A stretch of DNA of 64,000 nucleotides from Acidobacteriota bacterium (GTDB lineage Bacteria; Acidobacteriota; CAIWXX01): assembly GCA_040755995.1 (NCBI GenBank), contig JBFMAF010000003.1, positions 32,001 through 96,000 of the forward strand, written 5' to 3'. The notes under the pieces are model-generated. The model was not told where the DNA came from. It did not search any database and saw nothing but the letters and a program-made list of their open reading frames with translations. This document shows positions 41,118 to 50,581 of this stretch, piece after piece. The translations under genes and the position numbers were made by a program. Position 1 is the first letter of the stretch. Every line of letters begins with the position of its first letter.

Positions 41118-41876
41118 TCAGTCTATGTATGCTTCGATGACCCTAGGGTCGTTCCTGACCTCGTCGGGTGGACCCTCGCCTACCATGACGCCCGCGTCCA
41201 TGAAAATAGCCCGGTCGCACACCGTCATCACCGCATCGAGGTTGTGTTCGATGAGGATCACTGACTTGCCTCTCGACGGCAACCCACGGATTGTCGCCAG
41301 GATTCTCTCGGTCATTTCCGGCGCTATCCCAGCGACGGGCTCATCAAGAAGCAGCACCTCGGATCTGGCTGCCAAGCAGCATACAAGGCTCAGGATTTTC
41401 TGCTGTCCATAGGACAGCTCCACTGCCGGGTCACGTGCTTTGTGCGCCAAGCCTGCCTCCTCTAAGAGAGCCAGGGCCTGTTTCCGATGTTCATTCTCTC
41501 GTCCCCGAATGCGCCACCAGTTGAAGAATATGTTCCTCAGCTTCTCACCTGGCTGGTTTTGAAAACACAGTAATACGTTGTCTAGCACGCTAACCTGACG
41601 GATGAGACGAGGATTCTGGAAGGTCCGGCTGATCCCCTGGTTCGTGATGCGGTAGGGTGGAGCACCCGTGATGTCTTTGCCCTTGAAAAGAATCGTTCCG
41701 CGGTCGGGTGCTATGAATCCGGTCACGAGGTTGAAAAAGGTGGTCTTCCCGGCTCCGTTGGGGCCTATGAGTCCCAGTATTTCTCCATGCCGAAGAGAAC
41801 AGGAAAAGCTTGAAAGCGCCTTGACGCCATCGAAACGCTTGTCCACTGCTTGGACATCCAGCACCACTGCGTTCAT
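41118..41876 (-). CDS. livG: Liv-type ABC transporter ATP-binding protein
   Basis: GPNGAGKTT, RTFQ, LSYGQQK, LDEPVAG, IEHN. Confidence 0.9.
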   Translation of the reverse strand: MNAVVLDVQAVDKRFDGVKALSSFSCSLRHGEILGLIGPNGAGKTTFFNLVTGFIAPDRGTILFKGKDITGAPPYRITNQGISRTFQNPRLIRQVSVLDNVLLCFQNQPGEKLRNIFFNWWRIRGRENEHRKQALALLEEAGLAHKARDPAVELSYGQQKILSLVCCLAARSEVLLLDEPVAGIAPEMTERILATIRGLPSRGKSVILIEHNLDAVMTVCDRAIFMDAGVMVGEGPPDEVRNDPRVIEAYID

Positions 41877-42760
41877 CACCGGCCATCCACCCCAGGCAAC
41901 GTATACTCGCCCAGCAGCCCTCGCGGCCGCCACATCATGAACGCGACCAGTAGGCCACCGTAGAGAATCTGCCGGATGTCCGCGGCTGCTGAGCTGGGTA
42001 GCCCTAGAAACCGAATGAGCTCAGGGAGCAGTACCAGCACAGCCGCCCCAACCACGGGCCCCCAAAGGCTGCCGGCCCCGCCGACAATCACGGTGGAGAT
42101 GATGAAGATCGATTCCATAGTCGTGAAGCTGGTAGGATCGACGAAGCTGATATAGTAGGCGTGCATCACTCCCGCCGCAGCAGCCATACCTGCCCCGATG
42201 ATGAAGATTAGCACCTTGTAGGTGGCCACGTTCTTGCCGGCCGCTTGGGCGAAGATCTCATCTTCTCGGATGGCCTTCAGCACACGCCCGAACGGAGAAC
42301 GGACTATCCTCTGGGTCATGCTCAGGGTGATAGCGCAAACGATTCCGACAACTACAAGGAAGCCTACATGTGAGGAAATCGACAAGCCGAATAGCATCGG
42401 CTGAGGAACTCCCGGAAGGCCCATGGGACCACCGGTCAGAGCGACCCAGTTGTTGAAGACGCTGAATGTGATGATCTGGAACGCAAACGTCGCAATCACG
42501 AAGTAGTCATCGCGGATGCGTAGGGATGGGATGCCCACCGTCGCGCCGAGCAGGGCGCCAAGTATGATGGCGCAAACAAGGTTGATCAGGAAGCCACTAT
42601 GTACATTGAGCGCCATGAGCGCTGCAACATAGGCCCCAACACCGTAGAACGCTGCATGCCCGATAGAAAGGAGTCCGGTGTAGCCGGCGATGAGGTTGAG
42701 GGACACCGAGAGGATGACATAGATAGCTGCCAGGATCATGATATGCAGCACGTATTCCAT
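41876..42760 (-). CDS. livM: Liv-type ABC transporter permease
   Basis: GYTGLLSIGHAAFYGVGAY, LTGGPMG, SPFGRVLKAIREDE, RPRGLLG. Confidence 0.9.
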   Translation of the reverse strand: MEYVLHIMILAAIYVILSVSLNLIAGYTGLLSIGHAAFYGVGAYVAALMALNVHSGFLINLVCAIILGALLGATVGIPSLRIRDDYFVIATFAFQIITFSVFNNWVALTGGPMGLPGVPQPMLFGLSISSHVGFLVVVGIVCAITLSMTQRIVRSPFGRVLKAIREDEIFAQAAGKNVATYKVLIFIIGAGMAAAAGVMHAYYISFVDPTSFTTMESIFIISTVIVGGAGSLWGPVVGAAVLVLLPELIRFLGLPSSAAADIRQILYGGLLVAFMMWRPRGLLGEYTLPGVDGR

Positions 42761-42772
42761 CTTGCGTCTCTC

Positions 42773-43657
42773 TCACGCCGACGATTTTCTCAATCGCTTT
42801 CCCAGGATCCCTTGAGGGCGAAGCAGCAAGAAGGCCAACAACAAGAGGAAAGCTGCCGCTTCTTCCCAATGCGTTCCGAGATTCCAGCCAGCAAGCTCCT
42901 CAAGGAAGGCGAGGAGCAGAGACGCTACGGCCACGCCGATGGTCCTCCCGTTTCCGCCCACGACAACAGCCACCACTCCCTGCAACAGCATGGGCAGGCC
43001 CATAATAGGTGTCATCCCCACATCAAACGCTCGAAACAACCCCGTCGCACCTCCCAGGAATGACCCAAGGCAAAACGCAATCCCGATGATCTTGTCGCAG
43101 TCAATCCCGCTTACCCTCGCCAGTTCAGGGCTGTCTGCCACGGCTCTCAGAGCCAATCCGATCCTCATTTTGTCTACGAGAAAAATCTTGACGAACAGAA
43201 CTGCTACCGCGGCTCCCATCACCGCCACCTGGATGCTGGTTACACGGGCCCCCAGAAAGCTGTAAGAAGATGCAACTCCATGACCTGCAATGACCTTGGT
43301 ATCATCACCAAACGCAATCGATATGACGCTCTGAAGGACGGTATAAAGGCCGAGAGAGGCCAGCAACAAGACTAGCGGCGTCGCGCCGTCCCGCCTCAAC
43401 GGTCGGTATACGACCTTGTCAAGACTCCAGCCAAGTCCCGTACTAGCAGCCAGCGCGAGTACAACAGATGGCAAAGCCGACAGGCCGACCCACTGCGAAC
43501 AGGCCAAGCTCACGTACCCGGCGGTCGTGATGACTGCGGCATGGGCGAAATGGAAGAACCTGGCAGTCGAAAATGCTAACGAGAAGCTGATGCCCACCAA
43601 GAAGATGGTGGCAGCTGAGTAGAGGATGTTCGCCAGGAGCTGGGACCCTAGGGCCAC
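42773..43657 (-). CDS. livH: Liv-type ABC transporter permease
   Basis: FHFAHA, IGLALRAVADSPELARVSGI, LRPQGILG. Confidence 0.88.
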   Translation of the reverse strand: MALGSQLLANILYSAATIFLVGISFSLAFSTARFFHFAHAAVITTAGYVSLACSQWVGLSALPSVVLALAASTGLGWSLDKVVYRPLRRDGATPLVLLLASLGLYTVLQSVISIAFGDDTKVIAGHGVASSYSFLGARVTSIQVAVMGAAVAVLFVKIFLVDKMRIGLALRAVADSPELARVSGIDCDKIIGIAFCLGSFLGGATGLFRAFDVGMTPIMGLPMLLQGVVAVVVGGNGRTIGVAVASLLLAFLEELAGWNLGTHWEEAAAFLLLLAFLLLRPQGILGKRLRKSSA

Positions 43658-44922
43658 TTGGTGACACCGTTCAGTAGGTGGTCGACAACCACACCCACCT
43701 GGTCCTTCGGAACTACATACGGGGCCTCCCTACCATCGAGAGCCGAGAGATCGTTCTTGAACTTGCGGCCCCCTTTGTTTTCAGCCTCCTTGATCAGGTC
43801 ACTTGGGGTTGCAAACAACCTGTCGCAGAGCCCAAGCTCCACCGCCTTTTGCAGGTACGCAAAAGGCTTCCACCTTGCGTCGTTATCGTCGACATCCAAC
43901 AGAATCTGGGCCCTTTTCTCCCCGGGATCCCAGGATATCCCTATGCGTGTCCCTTGGACTTCGTAAAGGCCATAGTCGCCCCTTAACGCCTGCCCCAGTT
44001 CCGAGCGCTTGCCTATCTCTTTCAGTTGGGTAGCTTGGTCTGCTCTGTTCTCACCTACTTCGAGCATGCCCGGGTGGGAGAACCACAACTTCGTCCCTTG
44101 GAACTTGCTGAGGAACCTCCTCAATGCTTCGCGAACGTCGATGATACAAGTTCCATCCTGGTTATCGATCATGAGCCAGGCCGGGCTGGTTGTGACCTTG
44201 GCCACTAGCTCGGTAGATATGATGCTTAGCTTGTCCTCAAGGAGGAGTGTGTTGTAGAGGTTTGTGGGGAGATAGACGATGCGCAGAGCAGCGCCCTCAT
44301 AGGTACAGAACGCTGCCCATGGTGCTGGGTCCCCCCCTGTGTGCTCTCCAACAGAATGATAGACTGGTGAGAATGGGCATGTCCAATAGATACGTTCGAA
44401 GAGCTTGCCTTCCATGATGTCTTTGAGAGTTCCCTTGTAGCTATCCTTGTCCATGGCGAACTCCAGCGCGCCAAATGTCGCGCGGCCAAAGGCATGTAGG
44501 CATCGGGCCATCACGTATCGTGTTCGATGTGATCCAGCGCCCCTGACATGTAGCTGACGTAGCAAGCGGCCCAATGGCCTCTCATTGGGTGGTGCAGTGT
44601 CAGTGAGGTACATCAAGAGCGACCACTCTCGCCCAAACCCCGCTGCCACCTCTGCTTGCCAGTGGCTTTCGAGCTCGCGACACGCGCTCTCTGAGACAGC
44701 CCGCGCCAGATGCTTCGCCATCAAGTTGGCCAGTTCGATGACGAGCGTGAGCGCAGCCAATGTGTAGCCGAGTATCGATGCCAGGCGGTCGAATCGACCA
44801 AGATCCGCAAAGGCATCCCAACCGCCGATCACCAGTCCGAAGAAGATTATCAAGAAGGGCAACCAGGGAGAACGGCTCCCGCTCCACCACTCAAACGCGC
44901 GATACAGGTGGTCTTCTCTCAC
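43648..44922 (-). CDS. Hypothetical protein, two N-terminal TM helices plus a soluble domain
   Basis: GAGGAGGGGG RBS before GTG; overlaps both neighbouring genes; no family recognised. Confidence 0.7.
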   Translation of the reverse strand: MREDHLYRAFEWWSGSRSPWLPFLIIFFGLVIGGWDAFADLGRFDRLASILGYTLAALTLVIELANLMAKHLARAVSESACRELESHWQAEVAAGFGREWSLLMYLTDTAPPNERPLGRLLRQLHVRGAGSHRTRYVMARCLHAFGRATFGALEFAMDKDSYKGTLKDIMEGKLFERIYWTCPFSPVYHSVGEHTGGDPAPWAAFCTYEGAALRIVYLPTNLYNTLLLEDKLSIISTELVAKVTTSPAWLMIDNQDGTCIIDVREALRRFLSKFQGTKLWFSHPGMLEVGENRADQATQLKEIGKRSELGQALRGDYGLYEVQGTRIGISWDPGEKRAQILLDVDDNDARWKPFAYLQKAVELGLCDRLFATPSDLIKEAENKGGRKFKNDLSALDGREAPYVVPKDQVGVVVDHLLNGVTKWP

Positions 44923-45751
44923 GACCCCCTCCTCTAGACCCGTGGCTCCGACCGACCGCAGACTTTCTGGCCATCAGAATCGCCGCACTGGAGCGAGCAG
45001 CGTGGAACGCGTTTCCTGACCAGCTGCCCAGAACACAGATGTCGCCCTTGTCGAATCCGACCTGCACGAGCATGGAAGCCAATTCCTCCGCGGTGTACAG
45101 CCGAATCTTGAATGGAAGCTGCGTCACCTCGCTACCCGATTCATATTCGTAACTGCCAACCCACACGTGCCCGTCCTCCACGATCTTGGACCGCTTCCGG
45201 TACCGTAGGTGGTCGGCAAGGCCGCGTTCCTCGTTCAGCCTCCAACGTACCTGCCTCGCCCCGAAATTCACCTGTTCAAGTATGAAATACCCACCCGGCT
45301 CCAAGACCCGGAAAGCTCCTTCCAGTACTGACATATTCTCATCATGATCGGCGAAGTACCCCCACGACGTATCAAGGCACACCGCAAGTCTGTATTCCCT
45401 CGGCGGCCACCTCCAAGTCCGCAAATCCGCGAGTGTCAGCGTCACCTGCTTGCGTGCAGCTGCCGCACGCCGCAGCGCTTCCGAAAGCAATTCCGCCGAT
45501 TGATCAACACCGTGAACCAAGAATCCTTCTCGCGCGAACGCTAAACAGTGTCGGCCGTAACCACACGCGAAATCTATCACCGGGCCAGGAGGGTTGATGC
45601 CGGTCAGGCGCGAGATGCTCCTGGCTTGCATGGCTGCGACACGTCGTGGCTTCCGAATCTGATCGACAAGGGCATACCTGAGATCAAACAGGTCCACATA
45701 CCAATCGTCTGGAACCGATCTCCAGTCATGTTGCCAGTCCAAGGCACTCAT
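44891..45751 (-). CDS. Class I SAM-dependent methyltransferase
   Basis: VIDFACGYGRH, GVDQS, SWGYF, LEPGGYFILE; ATGA overlap with the rSAM stop codon. Confidence 0.88.
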   Translation of the reverse strand: MSALDWQHDWRSVPDDWYVDLFDLRYALVDQIRKPRRVAAMQARSISRLTGINPPGPVIDFACGYGRHCLAFAREGFLVHGVDQSAELLSEALRRAAAARKQVTLTLADLRTWRWPPREYRLAVCLDTSWGYFADHDENMSVLEGAFRVLEPGGYFILEQVNFGARQVRWRLNEERGLADHLRYRKRSKIVEDGHVWVGSYEYESGSEVTQLPFKIRLYTAEELASMLVQVGFDKGDICVLGSWSGNAFHAARSSAAILMARKSAVGRSHGSRGGGRERRPPVSRV

Positions 45752-46938
45752 TGTCGCACACCCAAGTTGAACGGGATGGTGTCACCGCGACGAGTACTCA
45801 CAAGATCAGGTGCCGATGAATGGCAGGTCGAGACCCGGCTGTCTAAGTAGAGGCACCTGTCGATCGTCCCGCTGAGGCATCTCTTGTGCATTGGCCCGCC
45901 GTGACAGAAGGACCACTCCTCGCACTGTGCACAAGGTCCCGTCTTCTTCCACTCGGCACGACGGAACGGTTCGTATCTGCCCTCCCAAACATCCTTGATT
46001 CGCTCACGGCGAAGGTCACCTTGCACGAAGCTACGTGAGATATTGCTGCAGGAGCTGAGTTTGCCATCAAATAGAACTCCAAGGTTGTTAAGCCCCGCAA
46101 TACAGTGAAACACAAAAGGGCGCAGACGGCCCTCCAACTCGGGGCCCATCCATCCGCCGCAGCCCAATTCCACCATGGTCACCGAGGAATCAGAGTAGTT
46201 CGAACACGAGCGCTCGTATTCCTGGCGGAGGAAACCGATGACCTCTCGCACTTGGTTCGCAGTCGGATAGAGATCCGAATTGCCCTGCGCACGTCCCTGC
46301 TTGTCGATGATCATCACCCTGAAGACCCTTGGTCGGATTTCCTGCTTCGCGAAACGATGAAACGCCGGGAGTTCGTGGATGTTCTTGGAGTGGGCCACGA
46401 AGGAGACCGTCACCACGTATCCGGCGTCAACCGCGAGGCGGGCGGCGTCGGTCGCCTTCGCCCACGTTCCTGGTTGGCCCCTCAAGGAATCGTGGCTTGA
46501 CTCAAAGCCATCGATGCTGATCCCCAAGCCGGTTACTCCCAGACTACTCAGTTCCTCGAGCACGCCCGGATTGTCGGAGAGGAAGACGCCATTTGTCTGG
46601 ATGTCGATGTTTCGATAGAAGGGCCAATGCGAGATGGCCCGTAGCACATCAAGGAGATCACGGCGAACGAACGGTTCGCCGCCCGTAATGTTGATGTGCC
46701 GGAACCGGTCCATGTCGAAATCGCGGGCGATCTCATCGAAGGCTCCGACAACTTCGTCGGTGGAGAGTTCGTCTGAGCTACTCACCTCCTCGCCTGGTGA
46801 GCCGCAGTGCAAACATCGCAGGTTGCATCGTCGAGTTGCTTCCCAGCTGATGATCTGGAGGGGGTGCTCCCTTATGAGGGCTTCAATCCGAGTCCTCCAG
46901 GTCTGGAAGAGAGCTCTTAGGTCCTCACCACGATTCAC
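45748..46938 (-). CDS. Radical SAM/SPASM peptide maturase, TIGR04133/splicease-like
   Basis: HPLQIISWEATRRCNLRCLHCGS, ITGGEP, SPASM cysteines CIAG...DG..SSC...CAQC...C.GG.MH.R. Confidence 0.88.
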   Translation of the reverse strand: MNRGEDLRALFQTWRTRIEALIREHPLQIISWEATRRCNLRCLHCGSPGEEVSSSDELSTDEVVGAFDEIARDFDMDRFRHINITGGEPFVRRDLLDVLRAISHWPFYRNIDIQTNGVFLSDNPGVLEELSSLGVTGLGISIDGFESSHDSLRGQPGTWAKATDAARLAVDAGYVVTVSFVAHSKNIHELPAFHRFAKQEIRPRVFRVMIIDKQGRAQGNSDLYPTANQVREVIGFLRQEYERSCSNYSDSSVTMVELGCGGWMGPELEGRLRPFVFHCIAGLNNLGVLFDGKLSSCSNISRSFVQGDLRRERIKDVWEGRYEPFRRAEWKKTGPCAQCEEWSFCHGGPMHKRCLSGTIDRCLYLDSRVSTCHSSAPDLVSTRRGDTIPFNLGVRQ

Positions 46939-47138
46939 TTGGCGAATACCACCTTGAAGTACTCGTTGCCGTCATCATTCGGGTGGCAGCCGTACATGTT
47001 GTTCACGTATTCCACTGGACTGGGCCATTCGAGCATCCGCTTTTTGAACTTGAGCACCTCCTCTTCACTCGCTGCGGGACGTTCACAGGCCTGATGGTCT
47101 TCGACCGCCTGGGATGTACGCCGTATCTCGATCCGCAT
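46935..47138 (-). CDS. 67-aa putative RiPP precursor with an M-Y-G motif
   Basis: AAGGAG RBS; stop codon overlaps the rSAM GTG start (GTGA); contains EYVNNMYGCHP. Confidence 0.72.
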   Translation of the reverse strand: MRIEIRRTSQAVEDHQACERPAASEEEVLKFKKRMLEWPSPVEYVNNMYGCHPNDDGNEYFKVVFAK

Positions 47139-47149
47139 TGGCTATCTCC

Positions 47150-48283
47150 TTAGCTGATGTCGACAGCTTGGCCGTTCTTGATGGTCTTCTTGCCGAAGGC
47201 CTCGGACTTGAGATCACCGTTGGGGCGGAAAGCGACTTCACCCGAAACTCCTTGGAAGGAGATCGCCAACAAGGCTTCGCGCACCTTCTCGGGGTCTGTA
47301 GTGCCAGCGGCCTCCATTGCCTTGAAGATGGCCATCGCTGCGTCGTAGGCATAGCATCCAAACACGTCCGGTTCCTCCCCATACTTGCCCTTGTATCGCC
47401 GGGCGAATTCATCAAATGTGGGGCTCGTACTCCCGGAAGGCGACGTGTAAAAGACACCTTCTGCCCCATCCCCGGCGACATTGCGAAATTCGGGAGACCC
47501 CCAATTGTCGCCTCCGAATAGTGGGACATTTAGGCCGAGTTCCTTCATTTGCCGCACAAACACTCCACCCTCTTTGGGGTAAGTAGGAGAGACTACCGCA
47601 TCAAGCATCTCCATTCCCTTGAGCTTTGCGATGATCGTGCGGAAATCTGCCGTGTTCTCCTGGACGCCTTCTGCATTGATCACCTGTCCGCCCAAGGCTT
47701 GGAATCTCGTCTGAAACCCCTCTGCGAGCGGCTTACCCCATGAGTTGTTCGTATAGACCACCGCGACTCTCCTTGCACCGGACTTGAAGACCCAGCCGCT
47801 CAGCACTTCTGCCTGCAAGTCATCGGCGGGAACGGTCCTGAAAAAGAATTCACCGCCCCGAGTCGAAAGCTGGGAAGATGAGGAAACGGGCGACATGAGA
47901 ACGACCTTGTACCTGGTCGCAAGGGGAGCAACGGCAAGACTCACGCCGCTCCCGGCCGAGCCAAATACGACGGGCACCTTGTCGATGGTGGCGAATTTAG
48001 TCATGATGCTGACCGCCTCTTTCTTGTCGTTGCGGTCATCCTGAAAGTCTACCACGATAGGCTTGCCGAATAGGCCGGCTTTGGCGTTCTGATCCTCCAC
48101 GGCCAACTCAATCCCGCGCTTCGCCTTCTGGCCGTATGAAGCAACCTCGCCAGTGAGGGGGAATGTCGCCCCGAGTTCAATCCTGTTGGAGGAGGGAGCC
48201 CGTGGCCTTGTTACCAGCAAGGCTACGGCGACGACGCCTACTACGAGGATCGCTGCTGCTACCCATCCCTTTCCTACCGTCAT
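47150..48283 (-). CDS. Liv-type ABC transporter substrate-binding protein
   Basis: N-terminal membrane anchor; GATFPLTGEVASYG, FFRTVPADDLQ, YAYDA, FQGVSG. Confidence 0.9.
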   Translation of the reverse strand: MTVGKGWVAAAILVVGVVAVALLVTRPRAPSSNRIELGATFPLTGEVASYGQKAKRGIELAVEDQNAKAGLFGKPIVVDFQDDRNDKKEAVSIMTKFATIDKVPVVFGSAGSGVSLAVAPLATRYKVVLMSPVSSSSQLSTRGGEFFFRTVPADDLQAEVLSGWVFKSGARRVAVVYTNNSWGKPLAEGFQTRFQALGGQVINAEGVQENTADFRTIIAKLKGMEMLDAVVSPTYPKEGGVFVRQMKELGLNVPLFGGDNWGSPEFRNVAGDGAEGVFYTSPSGSTSPTFDEFARRYKGKYGEEPDVFGCYAYDAAMAIFKAMEAAGTTDPEKVREALLAISFQGVSGEVAFRPNGDLKSEAFGKKTIKNGQAVDIS

Positions 48284-48607
48284 CGAGTTTCTCCTTCCAA
48301 GAAGATCTGCTTCGTTTCACCGCAACGCCGATTGCGACTCCGTAGAAAACGACTGAGTGCGACGTCGATTGCCGGCCGCCACTCCGCTCCGGTGCTGGTT
48401 GCTCTATTGGCAGGGCTTCGCACCCCGCTTTCATGCACGTGACGAAGGATAGTGCGTTCCCGCCTGCAACAAACCTGCCCTGTCTCTTCACCAGCCCGGT
48501 AAGTGTCCTGTGGCAGGTCGTCGGGTTCGCCGGCGTCAGATCGCCCTCGTTCTCGTCACAGAGATCCGCCGATGGCGGCACCTGACGTCGTCTAGTAGCC
48601 TGCCGGC

Positions 48608-49024
48608 TCAAGCGTCGCTGGCCCGGCTGTTGAGAAGCCATTTCTTGTAATTCACAATGTCGCTCTTCGCGGACTCATGTGCCACGAGCGCAGCGAAGGC
48701 GGATGCCAGGCCGGCGACCCACAGGGCAATATCACGCAATCCCCATAGGAAGACGAAAGCAACCATAGCCAAGAGCGTCTTCACGCCATTCCTGCCAAAT
48801 CGGAACCCCGAGACCGCCAGGACCAATACTATCACCATGTGGGGGAGATCGCCCAACCCGATCTCATGCAGATCGGCAAGGCTTATCCTTCGGGAATGGA
48901 CGAGGGCGAGAAGCCGGGGGTCGGAGGCGAGGGGCAGCGCGACTGAGCACACGAGAACCCACGCCAACAGCCGGTAGTGTTTGATGGGTCGAAGCTCTCC
49001 CTCACGAGCTGCGAACACACTCAT
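48608..49024 (-). CDS. Small membrane protein
   Basis: About 4 hydrophobic segments; plausible RBS; no family recognised. Confidence 0.55.
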   Translation of the reverse strand: MSVFAAREGELRPIKHYRLLAWVLVCSVALPLASDPRLLALVHSRRISLADLHEIGLGDLPHMVIVLVLAVSGFRFGRNGVKTLLAMVAFVFLWGLRDIALWVAGLASAFAALVAHESAKSDIVNYKKWLLNSRASDA

Positions 49025-49312
49025 CCTACCCCGCCATGATTGCTTGCTTCCAACATTCCCGCAGCCTACCTGATCCCTACCGGCAAAGCCGCACTACAAA
49101 CCGTCTCGTATCATATCACGAGAGCGCGAGGACGCGGGACTCTCTTCTTCCGTACCACCCCGTGCGTGATCGCCGTTTCTAGTCCGCGCTTCCTGCGCCG
49201 TTGGCACGGGTCGGCTCACTTGAAGACAACCCGTGTGATCGCCGCACTGTCCAACGGTCTGAACCGGACAAACACCGACGGCATGTTCAGGTTTGTCAGG
49301 CAGTCCGTGTTG

Positions 49313-50200
49313 CTATCTCTGCTCATGTCTGATGAAGGTCAAGATCGAAGGGCACTCGTCGGTAATCATACAAAGGACTAGCACCAGACCGACGACTCGG
49401 AAGATCCCATCCGATTTCTCAACGAGCGCATTCACTAGGACCCTTACATTGGGGCGGGCGATCGCCCGATCGATCTCAACCTGCAAAGCTTCGACCAAGG
49501 ACGGGACCAAGCTCTGACCGCGTGCCGTATCCACTCTCCGAATGCCGGCCACACCGGCCAACCATGTCTGGAGCTTCTGTGCGATGTCGGTCGCCTCTCT
49601 GAAGGTTATGGCCGAGCCCACCCCAGGCGCGGCACCCACGTGCTCCCTCGAGTTGCATGAAAGGAAGATCGGCAGTTTCCCCTGCTTCGTTGCCTCCCTG
49701 GCTAGGCCAAGCAGGCCGAGCCCACTGCCGTCAGGAAGCCGGAGAATCCCAGCGGCGTTGTGCCCGATGATAAGAACGATCTTGGCGGGTGCATTGGCGA
49801 TCGCCTTCCTCAGCACTTCGTCGCCACCCGTGTTCTCCAGGAATCTAAGCTCCGCGAAAGTACTGAGGAGATTCTGCTTCGCCTCCAGTAGTTCATCCGC
49901 TCTTGTCTGGCTGTAGACAGCTTCGTGACCGAACACGTTCTTGAACGGCACCTCTTCGGTGGGCACGATGGCGACCACCGCGACAGTTCGTAGGTCGGAC
50001 GCCGACAACACCGGAAAGGACAGCCGATTCGGATCCACCGCAACGTTGGGTGCAAGACGTTCCGTGAACTCCTCAGGCGATGTTCGTGCGAAGAGCTTCG
50101 AACATTCCTCACTTGTCGCCGAAGTCGGTACCCCGATGAGCAGAATCGCAAGTCCTGCAGAAGCGATCCCATCGCAGCTGCGCATGATCACGCACCTCAT
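49313..50200 (-). CDS. Exported hypothetical protein with a CHAT/caspase-like His-Cys pattern
   Basis: Signal-like N-terminus; VLIIGHN ... LRLPDG ... IFLSCNS; C-terminal hydrophobic helix. Confidence 0.55.
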   Translation of the reverse strand: MRCVIMRSCDGIASAGLAILLIGVPTSATSEECSKLFARTSPEEFTERLAPNVAVDPNRLSFPVLSASDLRTVAVVAIVPTEEVPFKNVFGHEAVYSQTRADELLEAKQNLLSTFAELRFLENTGGDEVLRKAIANAPAKIVLIIGHNAAGILRLPDGSGLGLLGLAREATKQGKLPIFLSCNSREHVGAAPGVGSAITFREATDIAQKLQTWLAGVAGIRRVDTARGQSLVPSLVEALQVEIDRAIARPNVRVLVNALVEKSDGIFRVVGLVLVLCMITDECPSILTFIRHEQR

Positions 50201-50201
50201 C

Positions 50202-50564
50202 TCAGCGAATCGCTAGATAGGCACGCAGGAGACTCTTGATTCCCGCGGGAGACGCACCCAGCTGCAGATCGCCACGATCGAGGAAGGCCGTGCCGACCTT
50301 CTTCATGAGGAGTGGGAATGCAAAACCGAAAAGCATGGCCGTTCGCGCAGTCGGCCAAGGATCTCCGTGAAACCAATAGTATGCGCCGGGCCCAGCGATA
50401 CCAATCATCACGATAGTGATGCCCCAGTAAGCGATCGACCGTCGCAATCGGCGGTACTTCGCGAGCTCCAATCTCTCTCTGACCTCCCAGTGGTGAATAG
50501 CCTCCTGGATTAGAGAGCCGAAGCAGGACGCAACCATGACCTCGAACCCTGTCTCAAGGCTCAT
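50202..50564 (-). CDS. Small three-TM membrane protein
   Basis: GAGGTGG RBS; ASCFGSLIQE, YWGITIVMIGIAG, FGFAFPLLMKK. Confidence 0.65.
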   Translation of the reverse strand: MSLETGFEVMVASCFGSLIQEAIHHWEVRERLELAKYRRLRRSIAYWGITIVMIGIAGPGAYYWFHGDPWPTARTAMLFGFAFPLLMKKVGTAFLDRGDLQLGASPAGIKSLLRAYLAIR

Positions 50565-50581
50565 ATTTCCACCTCTCTGCC

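Noticed and set aside
48284..48607. Long leader upstream of the SBP gene (also 31400-31950 and 3935-4135) as riboswitch or ncRNA
   Set aside because: No recognisable riboswitch consensus by eye; an Rfam/Infernal scan would be needed.
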